Source: Aplysia californica
Taxonomy: Eukaryota
Direction of reading: 5' to 3'
Length of the DNA: 64,000 nt
NCBI RefSeq assembly: GCF_000002075.1
Contig: NW_004797893.1
Span: 398,462-462,461, forward strand
The translations under genes were made by a program, and so were the position numbers. Below are positions 48,453 to 63,643 of this stretch, piece by piece; position 1 is the stretch's first letter; each line of letters opens with the position of its first letter. The notes below the pieces were generated by a model. It ran no database searches. It saw only the letters and a program-made list of their open reading frames with translations, and was not told the DNA's origin.

Positions 48453-49569
48453 TGAGAGACAGCCAGGTCTTGGCCTAGTCATTGGTGCAACAAACTACGA
48501 GAGTCCTAACCGAGGAACAGCTTTACTAAGTTACTGTTAATCCGTTAACTCACTCAGTCCCATTACTGAGCTAACTAGGTCAAGGAATCCAGACAATGCC
48601 GAGTGGTTATCATTTTGTCAGATTACTCAGTCCTACTGAGGACCAAGTTAACTTTAACTAGGTCATAGGGTTAAGAAACTTTTTGCGCTTTGCATTGGTA
48701 ATGCAACTACCTGTGGCAGTTCAGTGAAATGTGTGGCTGACCTCTTGCATTTCCTTTTAATGTGATTGCCTGTAGTGCACATCATTACTTTTATATATCA
48801 ACAAGTGTGGTCTGAGACTTACGAAGATTTGGAGTTACCGTAAAATGTTGGGGTTTGGTTAAACAAGAAGGAAAGGATCAATCTGTGTTTTATTTTTCCA
48901 AATATTAGTCTACTGGTTTGTCTAATTGGGTGCATGCATATCTGTATGCTCTGAACAAGAATGTATTCAAAAACAAGCCCAGACTACGTTGTCAAGTATT
49001 TAGAAAGCAATCAGATCTCTGTCAAGATCTTACATGATTCAAATGTATGTGGCTTACCAGATCTTATTTTTTAAAGTTGTAAATGTGTCTTTGGGCTACA
49101 ATGCTACTCTTTACTTCTATATGGTTGTAATGGTTTACCAGCAGAGTCGGCTGTCATTCTAAGATTCTTATCTTTCTATTGAATTTGTATCTTGATAAAG
49201 TAGTGCATTATACTATTGTGACTTTTTTTTTTTAAAGAAATGAAAAGTTCTGTGCTCAGAAATGATGTGGTATTGGTTTCAATTGTCACATAGTGAGTAC
49301 AACATCTTTTATATCCATTAAAAAATATTTTGTTGTTGATTTTACTGAAAAGTGTTTGACAAAGGCCCAAAAAATGTAAATTTGCAGTTTCCAAAGGCAT
49401 TTAAGCTTTGGAAGTCATTAAGCTTTGGCGATAATTTTTTTGCTAGTTTTACCTTTATTTGCAAATATCTCGACTCTAGTTCAAAACCTGTGGGAGCCAA
49501 CGAATCAAAAGAAAACTGATGTAAAAATCAGAAATGTAACCCACCAAGCCTTAAGATAGAATTCACAAG

Positions 49570-49756
49570 AGGAAGTAAAAAGAAAGGGGGGTATAAATAT
49601 ACTTGGAGGAGGGACCTAAATACAGGTCTAAAGACTTTAGGAGACAAACAGAACTGATGCACAGGTGGAGACTATAGCCCAGATAATTAGATGGAGAACT
49701 CTTGTTGATGGCCTGTTCTCTGGCAGTGTGAGAGAGGCCGATGATGATGATGATGT
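49570..49756 (+). mobile_element. Old RTE 3' end remnant in the LTN1 3' region
   Basis: TWRRDL...AQ..RWRTLVDGL-like translation followed by a (GAT)5 tail. Confidence 0.6.
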
Positions 49757-49852
49757 TACTTATTTGTGTCATGATAATGATATCATGTTACAGTGTTTAA
49801 ATGTATTACAATGAAAAGTAGCATTGGTGTCCCATTTGGATTGGGAATGGCA

Positions 49853-49858
49853 AATAAA
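49853..49858 (+). terminator. Candidate LTN1 polyadenylation signal
   Basis: AATAAA followed ~20-40 nt later by a GT/T-rich tract. Confidence 0.45.
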
Positions 49859-51588
49859 TTCTTATCTGGACAAAAAGTTTGGGTTTTTTTGTGTGTTTTT
49901 TAAAAACATTTTTTTAAAAATTGCAATGGATGCATCTGCAGAATGTTTTAAATGATGTTCCATACTTGTTTAAACTTGTTTTCTTAACGTTTTATCTCAA
50001 TTTTGTACAGCACCGTTATAAACGTATCTCTGAGCTTGCTCTTTCTGCATCCACTCAACAGTAGGCCTACTATTTGTCCAGGGGGAAAGCTGAAAGACGG
50101 ATAACTTATTAAGCTCGTTGGGAAGTGTTCTTTTGGGTCAGTTGCCATGATCCAGGTTACCTGCATTGCTCTTTCCTTGTGTTTATGCAACCAACTTGTT
50201 CATTTTTATCTGTTTAAATCACAGGTATATTAATTGAAAGTTTTAAAGTGTGACTATCTTATGCGGTGCAATATTAATCATTATTGCTCTTTCTCTCATA
50301 CTTTGGAACCTTCAATATATAATTTGGTAGAAAAGTAAATAATAATAATATTGTTGCTATAAACATGAGGAAAGAAATACTAAAAAAATCATAACAAACT
50401 TTTACTGTAAGAAGAGGCAAAATGATCAAACCACTGTCTCTGGGAACTTTTTTTCCATTATTATCAGTATCTCATCTTATCGCTGTCTGTCCTATAATAA
50501 TTAGGCTCATTGCCTCACTGACAAAGATTTGAACGTGCTCGTATAATCTTAGGCAGTTGCGAGTGCCGTGAAACTTTTATCAAACTGAAACTGAGACTTG
50601 AGATTTGATTCCTGTTTGAGGAAATTTTTGTTTCCATTTGTCTGATCGGATGCTCTATCCCACCAAGTCAAGGTAGGCCCTGGCAGGCAGGGTCAAAGCA
50701 GCTGGCCTCTCAAAAGATGCAAATTTTTGTGTTGATGGGGTGTAAAACAATCAACTGCACTGTTCAGCATTGGCTGCCTTGTTTTAGTCTCATAAGTGGA
50801 TGGTGGCGGCTCCTTTTTTTCTATCAAACATCGTTTGTCTTTGTCTCTCTTTCTTTTCTTTGTACATTACTCTCTAGCATTATCTCTAAATCTTCGACAA
50901 TCACAAGTCTTCAGCCAGTGAGGGGTTTCATAGATACCAAGTAATATAGGGTACAAATCTACCAATACGAAAGTCACAAGAATGAAACACAAAACACATT
51001 CGGTGTCCCGAAAGGCTGGATACATTAGCTAGAGTTCTTGTCCTTCTATTGTTTGCTTTCTTTGTGGTGCATCTATCTCTTTGTTTTAGGCCACTGACTT
51101 TTCAGGTGGATCGCCAGTCCAACAGATTTTGTTACTCTTTTTAAAACTGAGGTGTGCTTGTATCTGTTCCTGGACTGGGTGTGTGACGGAAGCGCCAAAT
51201 CATCCGCAAAAAACTCTACAGAACACTTAATATAACATGTGTGTGTAACAAAAATTTGTTCTTCATGAACTGATGATGGTCTTTACCTTCTAAGGAGGAA
51301 GAGCAGTCATAGACATTGTTACCTAGGTAGTTAACTTGGTACATGTAATGTACAGAGAAAAAAGTAAAGGAAATAATAGCACGCTGCTTGTAATAATCAC
51401 AACGCCACAGCTTGCCACTGATGAAACTGCCTTTCCTTTTCCTAGAGTGGTTTGCTCATCTGCCTAAACGTGTGCCGTTTTTAATTTTTTTAAAATGTAA
51501 TTAGCTTCTTTGTATGTACATGTACATGTTTAGTTTCTCTCTTTCAATATCAAAGTACCAGTGCGAACAGAATCGAAACATCCTCTTT

Positions 51589-52068
51589 CTTCTTTTCTTT
51601 TTTCTTTTATCCGCCGCTTATACCCTTTTGGGTGTCGCGGGAAGAAAGAGACGTCTCTCTGTCGCCAGCCGGAGAGCTTGGGTCAGGGGGATGCCGTGGG
51701 TGTTAAATGTTTCCCTGACTCCATCTATCCAGGTCTTTCTCGGTCGCCCTCTAGCCTTGTTGTCATCGAATTTTTGGAGGTAGGCACGTTGTGCTGGATG
51801 GTGTGTTGGTAATCGTAGGATACGTCAACCCCAGGTCCACGTCCCGGGAGGTGGAAACTGGACAAAGTGGGGGATTGCTGTGTTCAACGACGTACGGTGT
51901 GGCTTTATGCCACTTCGGCGTCACGCTAGCCGTGAGGGAGAACCCGGGTCACCCCGCCCGAAAAGTTGCAGGCTAACTGGGCTCTGGCGTAACTGTCTCC
52001 GGCCTAGCAAGTCGGCTGCGGATTATTTATTGCTAAAAACACAAAAAGAAGAAAGAAACGGACTGACT
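51589..52068 (-). mobile_element. Bipartite RTE-derived non-autonomous retroelement
   Basis: On the minus strand a GC-rich non-coding head joins ILRLPTHHPAQRAYL...KARGRPRKTWIDGV...ATPKRV-stop and an A/AG-rich tail. Perfect 12-bp TSD aacatcctcttt at 51577-51588 and 52069-52080. Confidence 0.88.
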
Positions 52069-53825
52069 AACATCCTCTTTACTATAGTGAAATCGCGGAA
52101 AATCAAAATGTTTTGAGTGTGGGATCTATTGATAACCGTTTGATAAGTAAAAGAACTTGAATTGCTGGGATAAAAGCTACGTAAGGAGGCAAACATGAAT
52201 TAATGAATGTCTTTTTTAATGTACGCTAACATGTACTACAATTAGTGGGCCTGTACGTTCGGACGTGGTTCGAATGCCCAACGGATTTTGGTTTTTTTAC
52301 TCGAGTTGTTTTGGGGAATTTTCAAGGCTCTTCACTATCTGACCAGGTCTTATCAGAGATGGACTATAATTATAATAAATCTAGACTGTTAGGAAACAAA
52401 CCCTTACACTAACACGGCTATTAGAATGTACAGGTCTGATCATCCCTAAGCAACTTGGCGATCAACGTATTTAATTAATGTCAAGCACGAGTGCGACTTT
52501 AGATGCCCTTTTCAGCATTGTGAAATCAGGGAGATTCAAAACAATTTCATGAGAGGGTTACTATAGACTATGGCTTGTTTTTAATTAAAAGAACCTTAAT
52601 CACTGAGACAAACTATTTAGATAACAAAACAAAACAAACGAAAAAAGGAAAGAACTTACACGGCATCTTTGATTATATCCCCTTATCTAACTACAATGTA
52701 ATGGTGGCCTTTTCAGTCTTTAAAAGACGATCAGCTTTGAATGGGCGTTAGACAAAGAGAAAGCAGAATGTCCTTCTACTACTTCCCTCCCTTCAGATCT
52801 TTTCTCTTGATTTGCTCCCCAGAAAAGACAATTGTCAGTGTGTTTGTAACCAAGGAAAGTTTAACCATATCTGTACGCTCTGGGGGTCATTTTGTAACCC
52901 CGGGGTTGTATTCTTCACATTTTTAAATACTTCTAGTACGAAGATCTCTTTGAAACTTTCAGTTTTTGTCAAAAAATGATTTTGACTGCTATGCAAAGCG
53001 TACGGTTCGGATTAACCAGTAATTTCCTCTTTGGAAAGTGGTGGCACCGAGTTCCCCACGTCGTATGGATACGATAGTAAAACACGACGTTCGGATAGGG
53101 TTAAGGATGTGTCTCATTATTTTACATAGGTGTGATTGGGATGTTTTCTTATGGCAAATGATGGTACGAATTTTTAAATTTGAATTTTGCCTTGATGACA
53201 GCCTAACGGCTTACTCTTCTATATCTTCAACCGCCGAAGGATATTATGTTGAACACTTTTAGTTTAAGGTCTATCGAAATGTTTCTGGATTAGAAATTAG
53301 ATGAAGGTCTACCGCGAACCGGTTCGACAACTGGTTTAGTTGAAAATATACCAATATATACATTTACAGGCTTGACATTTGTGACAAGAATCCATTTGCG
53401 TTTATAAAGGTGGGGCTGACAATGGCAATATAAAAACTATTTTGGTGGTTGTAGTTTAATTTGTGGTGCTGGGGGTGTGGGGGGGGGGGGGGGGGGGAGT
53501 GTGTGGGTGTGGGTGTTTTTTTGGGGGGGGGGGGGGGGGAGGGGATAAGCATTGTGATATGATGAAGTGTTCGCCTTTCACATCAGAAACCTGCTTCAGC
53601 TTGCTGAGCGGGCTGACATTTGTAAGTGTAAGTATATAACTTTTTCAAACTTCTGAGCCAGGAATAACAGGGATTTTTACCCCCCCCCCCCCCCTTTTTT
53701 TTTTAACCAACCAAAAAAAGAAATGTTGAGAAAGATGTACAAGCAGGCACTGCAAAAGCCTCCGCACACGAAGAGCAGGCATGTCTCGATGATCTCTACA
53801 TTTACTGCTCCCCAAAACTTAGGAC

Positions 53826-53996
53826 GCTCAGCCTCTCTATAACGACCTTCGATATAACGACATCCTATGCATAGCGACATGGTGCCTACGTCCCGATTTT
53901 TTTGTTATAATATATAATAAATAATATTTTTCGTTGCCTCTCTATAACGACATTATTTGTTGGTCCCGTCGATGTCGTTATGCAGAGGCTGCACTG
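53826..53996. mobile_element. Short Tigger-like MITE
   Basis: CAGCCTCTCTATAACGAC / GTCGTTATGCAGAGGCTGCACTG|TA inverted ends with TATAACGAC subrepeats. Confidence 0.7.
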
Positions 53997-54665
53997 TATA
54001 AGTACAACTTAAAGTATCTTCAAACCATACATGGGCCATCTGGTTATCTGAAAGAACACTAAATCTAGTTGTGTGCGAGTGTGTGTGNNNNNNNNNNNNN
54101 NNNNNNNNNNNNNNNNNNNNNNNNNNNNNNNNNNNNNNNNNNNNNNNNNNNNNNNNNNNNNNNNNNNNNNNNNNNNNNNNNNNNNNNNNNNNNNNNNNNN
54201 NNNNNNNNNNNNNNNNNNNNNNNNNNNNNNNNNNNNNNNNNNNNNNNNNNNNNNNNNNNNNNNNNNNNNNNNNNNNNNNNNNNNNNNNNNNNNNNNNNNN
54301 NNNNNNNNNNNNNNNNNNNNNNNNNNNNNNNNNNNNNNNNNNNNNNNNNNNNNNNNNNNNNNNNNNNNNNNNNNNNNNNNNNNNNNNNNNNNNNNNNNNN
54401 NNNNNNNNNNNNNNNNNNNNNNNNNNNNNNNNNNNNNNNNNNNNNNNNNNNNNNNNNNNNNNNNNAAAAATTTTTTTTTTAATTTTAAAAATCAATCAAT
54501 AAATAAATACATTTTAGAAAATCTTACTAGCAGGCACAAAATATTGCTCATATCGGGACTATTTTGAAAAAAAAGTAGACCACTAAAATGAACTAGTGAG
54601 TAGTGGATAACATTTTGAAATGTCCTTTAATTTTGTGGTCACGATGGTCAAGTTGAACTTCGGAT

Positions 54666-54711
54666 GAGAGAGAGAGACAGAGAGACAAAGACGGAGAGAG
54701 AGAGAGGGGGG

Positions 54712-54760
<49 letters not shown>
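54666..54760. repeat. (GA)n microsatellite
   Basis: Long ga run. Confidence 0.9.
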
Positions 54761-54764
<4 letters not shown>

Positions 54765-56011
54765 GAGGAAGAAATACAGGACTCCATATGATAATAATAA
54801 GTCTACAGGTAGGCCTGATGGGAATAGAAGAAAACATAAGGAATCTAATTTTAACTCCAGGTTTACAGGTCGGTTTACAGCCTGTATTAGATCTTATAAA
54901 ACTAGATCTAAATCTAGATAGATCTAGATTTGGATCTGGATAGGAAAGATGAGACAGACCCTGTTGGGAATAACAAACAAACAAAAAAAGAAAGAAAATT
55001 ATTTCAGAAAAATTTTTAGGCTAAAAATTAATTAGGAATCTGAAATACAACTTGACAAAACTCATAAATTATACATACTTTTTTGTGTGTTACATCGTAT
55101 GTAAATTCTAAATGATAGCGATAATTAAATAAATTTGCGAAGCTCGAATAGAATCTGGTGAGAAAGGGAGACGACAAGGAGTTTATAACATGTACTATGC
55201 CAGATTTTGAAGAGTCTAGTTTCAAACTGGATGATTTTTTTTTTGATTTTTCTCACCGATTACTTCAAACCATATCAAAGAGTACCATATCTAATACATA
55301 TTGAAAGATGATTACATAACTGATAAGTGTGATTTCTAATACAGTAAAAGTAATATAGGTTGTAGTATAGGTTTTCAATGTTTTTAAACTTTGGAAATAC
55401 AAATCTTTAAAATGAAAAAGTATTCATTAACTTGGCAAGTTAGGGTAAAAACGAAAGTAAAAGTAGCCTCAGCCCTGAAGTTCAATCGCAAGGAAAAGAA
55501 TTTTGTTGTGTGAATGTGAAACCCTTTACATTTGCCCATGTCATCGGAGATAAGCTGTGTAGTGTATGATTTGTACAGGAACAGTTTTATTTTTCTACTT
55601 GATCTAATAGGCTAGACACAATACAATCAATATGTATAATGAATAATAATGGTCGTAGTGCCAGTGCTGGAAAAAAGTAAGACAAACCAGACAGAAATGA
55701 CAGAGAGGGAAATTAAAGAAGGACCTCTAGATCTAGATCTATATCTATTAGTAGTGCCCTAGCTCTAACCACCTGCTTAACAATATGAAGAGAATAAGAA
55801 TTTGAAAGACTATACTTGTAGTTGACACTTGATGACCTTTATTCCTTAACAATAACAATCAGACTTTCTTGTCAGCTTTTTAATAGTCTCTGAAATTAAT
55901 GACAGCTCAACTTAATTCTAGCCTTTATAGGTCTTGGTCTGCGACACACCTGGATCATATTTATATGCTCTAATAAGAGGTACATCCAGAATATATATAT
56001 AGATCTATATA

Positions 56012-56777
56012 CAGTCGAACCTGTGTAAGACGGCCACCCATTGTCAAGGAGAAAAGTGGCCGTATAAGACAGGTGGCCGTCTTAGGCAGGACTGATCAAG
56101 ATGAAGAAAATAAACCTTTCCTTTCTGAGGTCCCAACCGAAGGTGGCCGCATTGTTGTTGCTGTTTTCGCTGTTTTTAAAAATTCTTTTGTTGCTGCTTT
56201 TGTGCAATTTCTATAACGAAATGTGTCTGACAAGGAGGACCGAGTGCTATGGTAAAACAAACACATGGGTCGCCACCACTCGAAGAACGAGTGACGCTTC
56301 TGTCACAAGTTCATGTTGACGTCCATTGTTACTTTGTTACAGACTGGGTAAACAGTGACCACTCATCTCACTTACGATTTGTGTATGAGTTCTGGGCAGG
56401 GCTTATGGGTTATGAGGGATCACACGCTTACCTCATCAGCAGCTGAAAATTTGCTATTGGTCAACAGTGGGAGGGGCCTACGTAACATGATCGGTTGGAG
56501 GGACTACCTAACAACAACGACAGGTGATTGGATTATGATGACTCGCCCACAACCCCAGGGGCCAATGCACAATTTTTGACAAAACGTAATGGAGTCACTA
56601 TAAGGTGGCCGTCTAAGACAGGGGTTATTACTTAGTGTGATAGGGGTTGTGGGTTAAAATATGGTGGCCGCGTTGGACAGGTGCCCGTATTACACAGTTA
56701 AATTATATTGAAAAAAACGCAAGGGGGAAATGGAAAGTGGCCGTTTGTAGAGGTGGCCGTCAGGGCAGGTTCAACTA
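56012..56777 (-). mobile_element. pogo/Tigger-like MITE family A, copy 3 (inverted)
   Basis: TA|CAGTCGAACCTGTGTAAGACGGCCACC ... CAGGGCAGGTTCAACT, the reverse complement of copies 1 and 2. Confidence 0.9.
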
Positions 56778-57370
56778 TATATATCAAAAGAATTATTGTC
56801 TACGTTCGTAGGCCTACTGTTATTCGTAGTAGAAGTAGGTGCCAGTTTCGTTGAAGGTGTACCACAATGTTTTTAGAACTTCGTTGACAGTCAACTAGCT
56901 ATACCAGACTGGTCGAACAATTTGTGACAAGGATCAGTTTACTTAAAAATATTGGTCTCAGAAGGACTGTTATTGTTTTGATGGTTGTAGTTTACATTTT
57001 CCCCTTGATCATGTTTATATATAATGAAGGCTATAACTATAACCGGTCATTTTGTCACATCCCATTTATGTGTGTGTGGTGACGTGCCATAAAAGTTGCT
57101 GTCGCTAATTTCTTGTCAATCATAATGTTTGTCACAGCAAAGTTCTTTGATCTATTCTAAACAACATTGCAAAATAAAGCAATCCATGCACCCAACCGCA
57201 CACTGCTCATTACCGTGGCCAATCAGGTGGGACTTACAACGCTATGCTAGATGATATCGCAGAAGACCGTGGTCAATCAGGCCGGACTTACAGTAGACCT
57301 CCGTAGTGTAGTAGACCTCAAGTAAACCAGCACCGAACTAGAAATTTTTGCATATATATATATAAATCAT

Positions 57371-60300
57371 GGGAGTGCTTATTTAGGCCACATATGGCCT
57401 AAATAAGGTAAGGGAGGGGGGTTTAGCTTATTTAGGCCACAGTGGACTGTGGCCTAAATAAGGTAAGGGAGGGGGGTTTAGCTTATTCAGGCCACAGTGG
57501 ACTGTGGCCTAAATAAGGTAAGGGAGGGGGGTTTAGCTTATATAGGCCACACATGCTCAAACTACCCTTTTCAGGCAACTGAGTTCATTCCACTTTCATA
57601 ATGGTGCACCTTTCTCATTTAGTATGGTTTTGCCTCAGTGTACAACTTATAAATCATAACCATAATGAATATTGTAAAGAACAAAGCACAATACGCAAAA
57701 TTTTGCTCAATCCCAATGGTTTGAATGAGGGCCAGATTTTTCCTTCATGGAGGGGCAAAAGCTAGGCTACCATTTTGGCACACTTTGGTCAAGTGAAAAG
57801 GTCAAATCCTCCGAATGGACTTCCGGGTTAAATTTGGGGTATAAAAAGTGTGTACACTACGTGGCTGAGTCAAAGTTACACTATCTTTGTCTGAGTGACA
57901 CTCTCTCTTACTGTCTCGTAGTAGTACATGTAGGCTAGTAGGCCTAGTAGTAGTAGTAGCAAAGATCGTGTAGAGAATATTTGGTAGTAGATTCTATCTA
58001 TAGGCAGTTTAGTGAACGTGCTCGCAGCAGGGCGAATCGGCCTCGATAAGCCCCGTAGACTTTTGTGATCGGCCACGAAGCCTCGTGTTTTGATGGGTCT
58101 AGATCTAGATCTAAACAACTCAGTGTTAATCACACTGCCACATCCGACAGGCCTAGATCTACATCTTTTTAAAAGGAAAACAAAGATCATCAAAATGGTT
58201 GAATTCGCGTGAAAATCGATTCGGTAGAACTAGAACTATTAAAATTTGCTTCTGAAAACAAGGCAATTTTTATACGAAGGCCATTTTTATAACTCGGTGA
58301 AATAAAAACTACTGGCTGTGTACTGTGTTATGCTGTATAAAAATAAATTATGAAACTTCAGGACGCATTATTATTTTCCAGCATCTTTTGACGCCTGAGC
58401 TGTAGAGGTTGAAGTTTTCACAACACTAATAGATCTAGTAATAGGCCAGGTAATAGGGCTTTCCGTAAAAAATGCATAGATCTACAAAAGCCGAACCACC
58501 GAATCGACCGAGCACCTCGCTCTCCCCTGCACACTGTGATAACGTGTTGCTTCGGTATCGCATTATTCAACTATTAATACGTGCGGCTATGGCAATTGGG
58601 ATGTACTGACTGACAAAAAATTCAGTTTTGTTTTTATTTTACCATATATTTGACTTAAATAGTGCAGGCGATAGCAAGATCTAGATTCCCTGTCTAGAAT
58701 CAGTAGTAGCAGGCCTATGCTAGAAGTAGCCAGAGAGCCTACAACTGCTAGATCTAGATCTAACTTATTATTGCTATGCCTTTGGGCTTTGGAATTGAAA
58801 TAAAACGAATTGCACAGTTCTAGTTACTTTTAGATTCAGCAAGTAACTGTATTTCCAGAGTTAATAATAACAAATCTCAGCATAACAATCACTTTTACTT
58901 TTATTAGAATAATTAGATCCAACTTTTTTTCTAAAATCTGTTTTGCGCAAACTTAAGATTTTCTCTACTTGTAGAGCAGAGAATTTACATTGTAAGCCTC
59001 TGCTCAGTNNNNNNNNNNNNNNNNNNNNNNNNNNNNNNNNNNNNNNNNNNNNNNNNNNNNNNNNNNNNNNNNNNNNNNNNNNNNNNNNNNNNNNNNNNNN
59101 NNNNNNNNNNNNNNNNNNNNNNNNNNNNNNNNNNNNNNNNNNNNNNNNNNNNNNNNNNTTTTCGGGATATTTTTAAAACTCTTTTTTTTCAACATGTCAT
59201 AAAATCAAATTGTGCCATTTTCTTTGAAAAGAATAGCATTAGCAGTGGACTTTTTAGAAAGCGAATCTCTGATTCAATATTTTAAAAAAAATATGCTAAT
59301 CAATGAAAATTGCAAATTGATAATAGTTTAGTCCTGAAGAGGATAGGTGGACTCCGGGGTCTGCAAAGCGAAATACTAGGTTTTAGGATGTAAACCCCGG
59401 AGTCACCGTAGTGAAATAAGGTTTGGTTTAAGTAAGGATTGGTGGACCCCGGGGTCAACGTAGTGATAAATAAGCAGGTTTAAGGTGGATCCCGGGGTCT
59501 ACCTAGCGAAATACTAGGTTTTAGGACAGGTGGACCCCGGGGTCACCGTAGTGAAATAAGTATGTTTCTTTAAAGATTGGTGGACCCCGGGGTCAGCGTA
59601 GTGAAATAAGTAGGGTTAATTTTAAAAGGATTGGTGGACCCCGGAGTCACCATAGCCGTAGAGGAATAAGGTTTAATTAAGGATTGGTGGACCCCCGGGA
59701 CACCTTGATTAAACCTACTTATTTTACTGCGGTGACCCCGCAGGTTCCACCTATTCTAAAAACCTAACTAGCGTTTCGTTAGGTAGACCCTGGGGTCCAC
59801 CTTAAACCTACCTATTTCACTACGTTGACTCCAGGGTCCACCAATCCTTAAAATTAAACCTAGATCTACATGTACTTATTTCACTACATTGACCCCAGGG
59901 TCCACCAATCCTTAATTAAACCTAGATCTACTGATTTCACTACATTGACCCCGGGGTCCACCAATCCTTAATTAAACCTATATCTACTTATAATTTCACT
60001 ACATTGACCACGGGCTCCGCCAGTCCTACTATAAAATAAACTGAGATCTACTTATTTCACTATGTTGACCCCGGGGTCCACCGATCCTTAGTTAAACCTA
60101 GATCTACTACTTATTTCACTACGCTCACTCCAGGGTTCACATCCTAAATCCTAGCATTTTGTTAGGTAGACCCCGGGGTCCACCTATCCTTTTGGCTAGA
60201 TAGACCCCGTAGTCCGCCTATCCACTTTCTTGATAATAACTGAAAACAATACATGCCAGTTGTCATGAATAGTGAAGCAAAATGATGGAAAAAAAAGACA

Positions 60301-61012
60301 ATGAGGTAGACTATAATTTATCCAAAAAGTTGCAAGTGCAAGTGAAGATCATAAAATAATTTTGTTATCTTCAGGTCATCTTTCCCGGTTTATAAAAAAA
60401 ATTCAGTGGGCCTACTACTAGATCTGTGTCTCTGAAGAACATTTTGCTTGCCTTTATTAGCTTTTTTCATGTACATGAAAGCATAGAATATATAGTTTCA
60501 CACAAATATAATATGCACAATACTTTGAAAAAGAAAGATATGGTCATTGTTTTTTTACGGAATCCGTTTTACGTTGAGAAAAGCGCTAAAAACAAGTTTT
60601 AAAATTTTAAGAATGCCCATAATATTAGTATTAGGAATCCGAAATTACTACCTAGTTGGCTTACTCTTTAATAACCATGAGCAGTTAAGAAAAAAAAAGA
60701 CAATGATATAGGATTTGTCTAAATATGACCATTAGCAATAAAGATTCTACCCATTTTGTCCAATTATCCTTGCAGGTAAAATCACCCTGCACTGTACCTC
60801 AATAAGCACAAAAGGAATATTTCTGTGACTTTGTATAAAGGTGTGGCCTAAATAAGGTAAGGGAGGGGGGTTTAGCTTATTTAGGCCACAGGTGTGGCCT
60901 AAATAAGGTAAGGGAGGGGGGTTTAGCTTATTTAGGCCACCTGTGGCCTAAATAAGGTAAAGGAGGGGGGTTTAGCTTATTTAGGCCATATGTGGCCTAA
61001 ATAAGGTCACCC
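57371..61012. mobile_element. 3.6-kb non-autonomous Mutator-like element
   Basis: GGG...CTTATTTAGGCCACATATGGCCTAAATAAG termini inverted at both ends. Perfect 9-bp TSD ataaatcat (57362-57370, 61013-61021). No transposase seen. Confidence 0.88.
59341..60223. mobile_element. Foldback element with tandem-repeat arms, nested in the Mutator-like element
   Basis: Units of ~55-60 bp (GGTGGACCCCGGGGTCA.CGTAGTGAAATAAG) run forward to ~59705 and reverse-complement after it. Ends GGATAGG(T/C)GGACT..GGGGTCT. Confidence 0.85.
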
Positions 61013-61120
61013 ATAAATCATTGTGCCTTTTTAAAAATTTATCAGGTTGTTACTCACTCTGAATGTGCCTAAAATGTATTGAACTTGGTGCTAGTTCTAC
61101 GAAACATTGCAAGTCTGTGA

Positions 61121-63571
<2,451 letters not shown>

Positions 63572-63637
63572 TTATGTGCACATTCATTTCATTTTTGACA
63601 GAATACATGTGTATAATGTCAAAACTAGATAATCAGT

Positions 63638-63643
63638 AATAAA
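63638..63643 (+). terminator. Candidate polyadenylation signal of the C5orf63 homologue
   Basis: AATAAA 67 nt after the stop, with a TGTG-rich tract downstream. Confidence 0.55.

Noticed and set aside
51826-51982. Plus-strand HDV-like look (CCCCAGG-TCCACGT-CCC...GG...GCTAACTGGG)
   Set aside because: No matching 5' P1 strand, P3 is mismatched, and it is antisense to the element that contains it
53953-54567. ORFs running through N gaps (also at 7.8, 10.7, 12.0, 33.2, 46.9 and 59.0 kb)
   Set aside because: Artefacts of translating assembly gaps
59341-60223. CRISPR-like repeat-spacer appearance
   Set aside because: The spacers resemble each other, the array inverts midway, there are no cas genes and the context is eukaryotic
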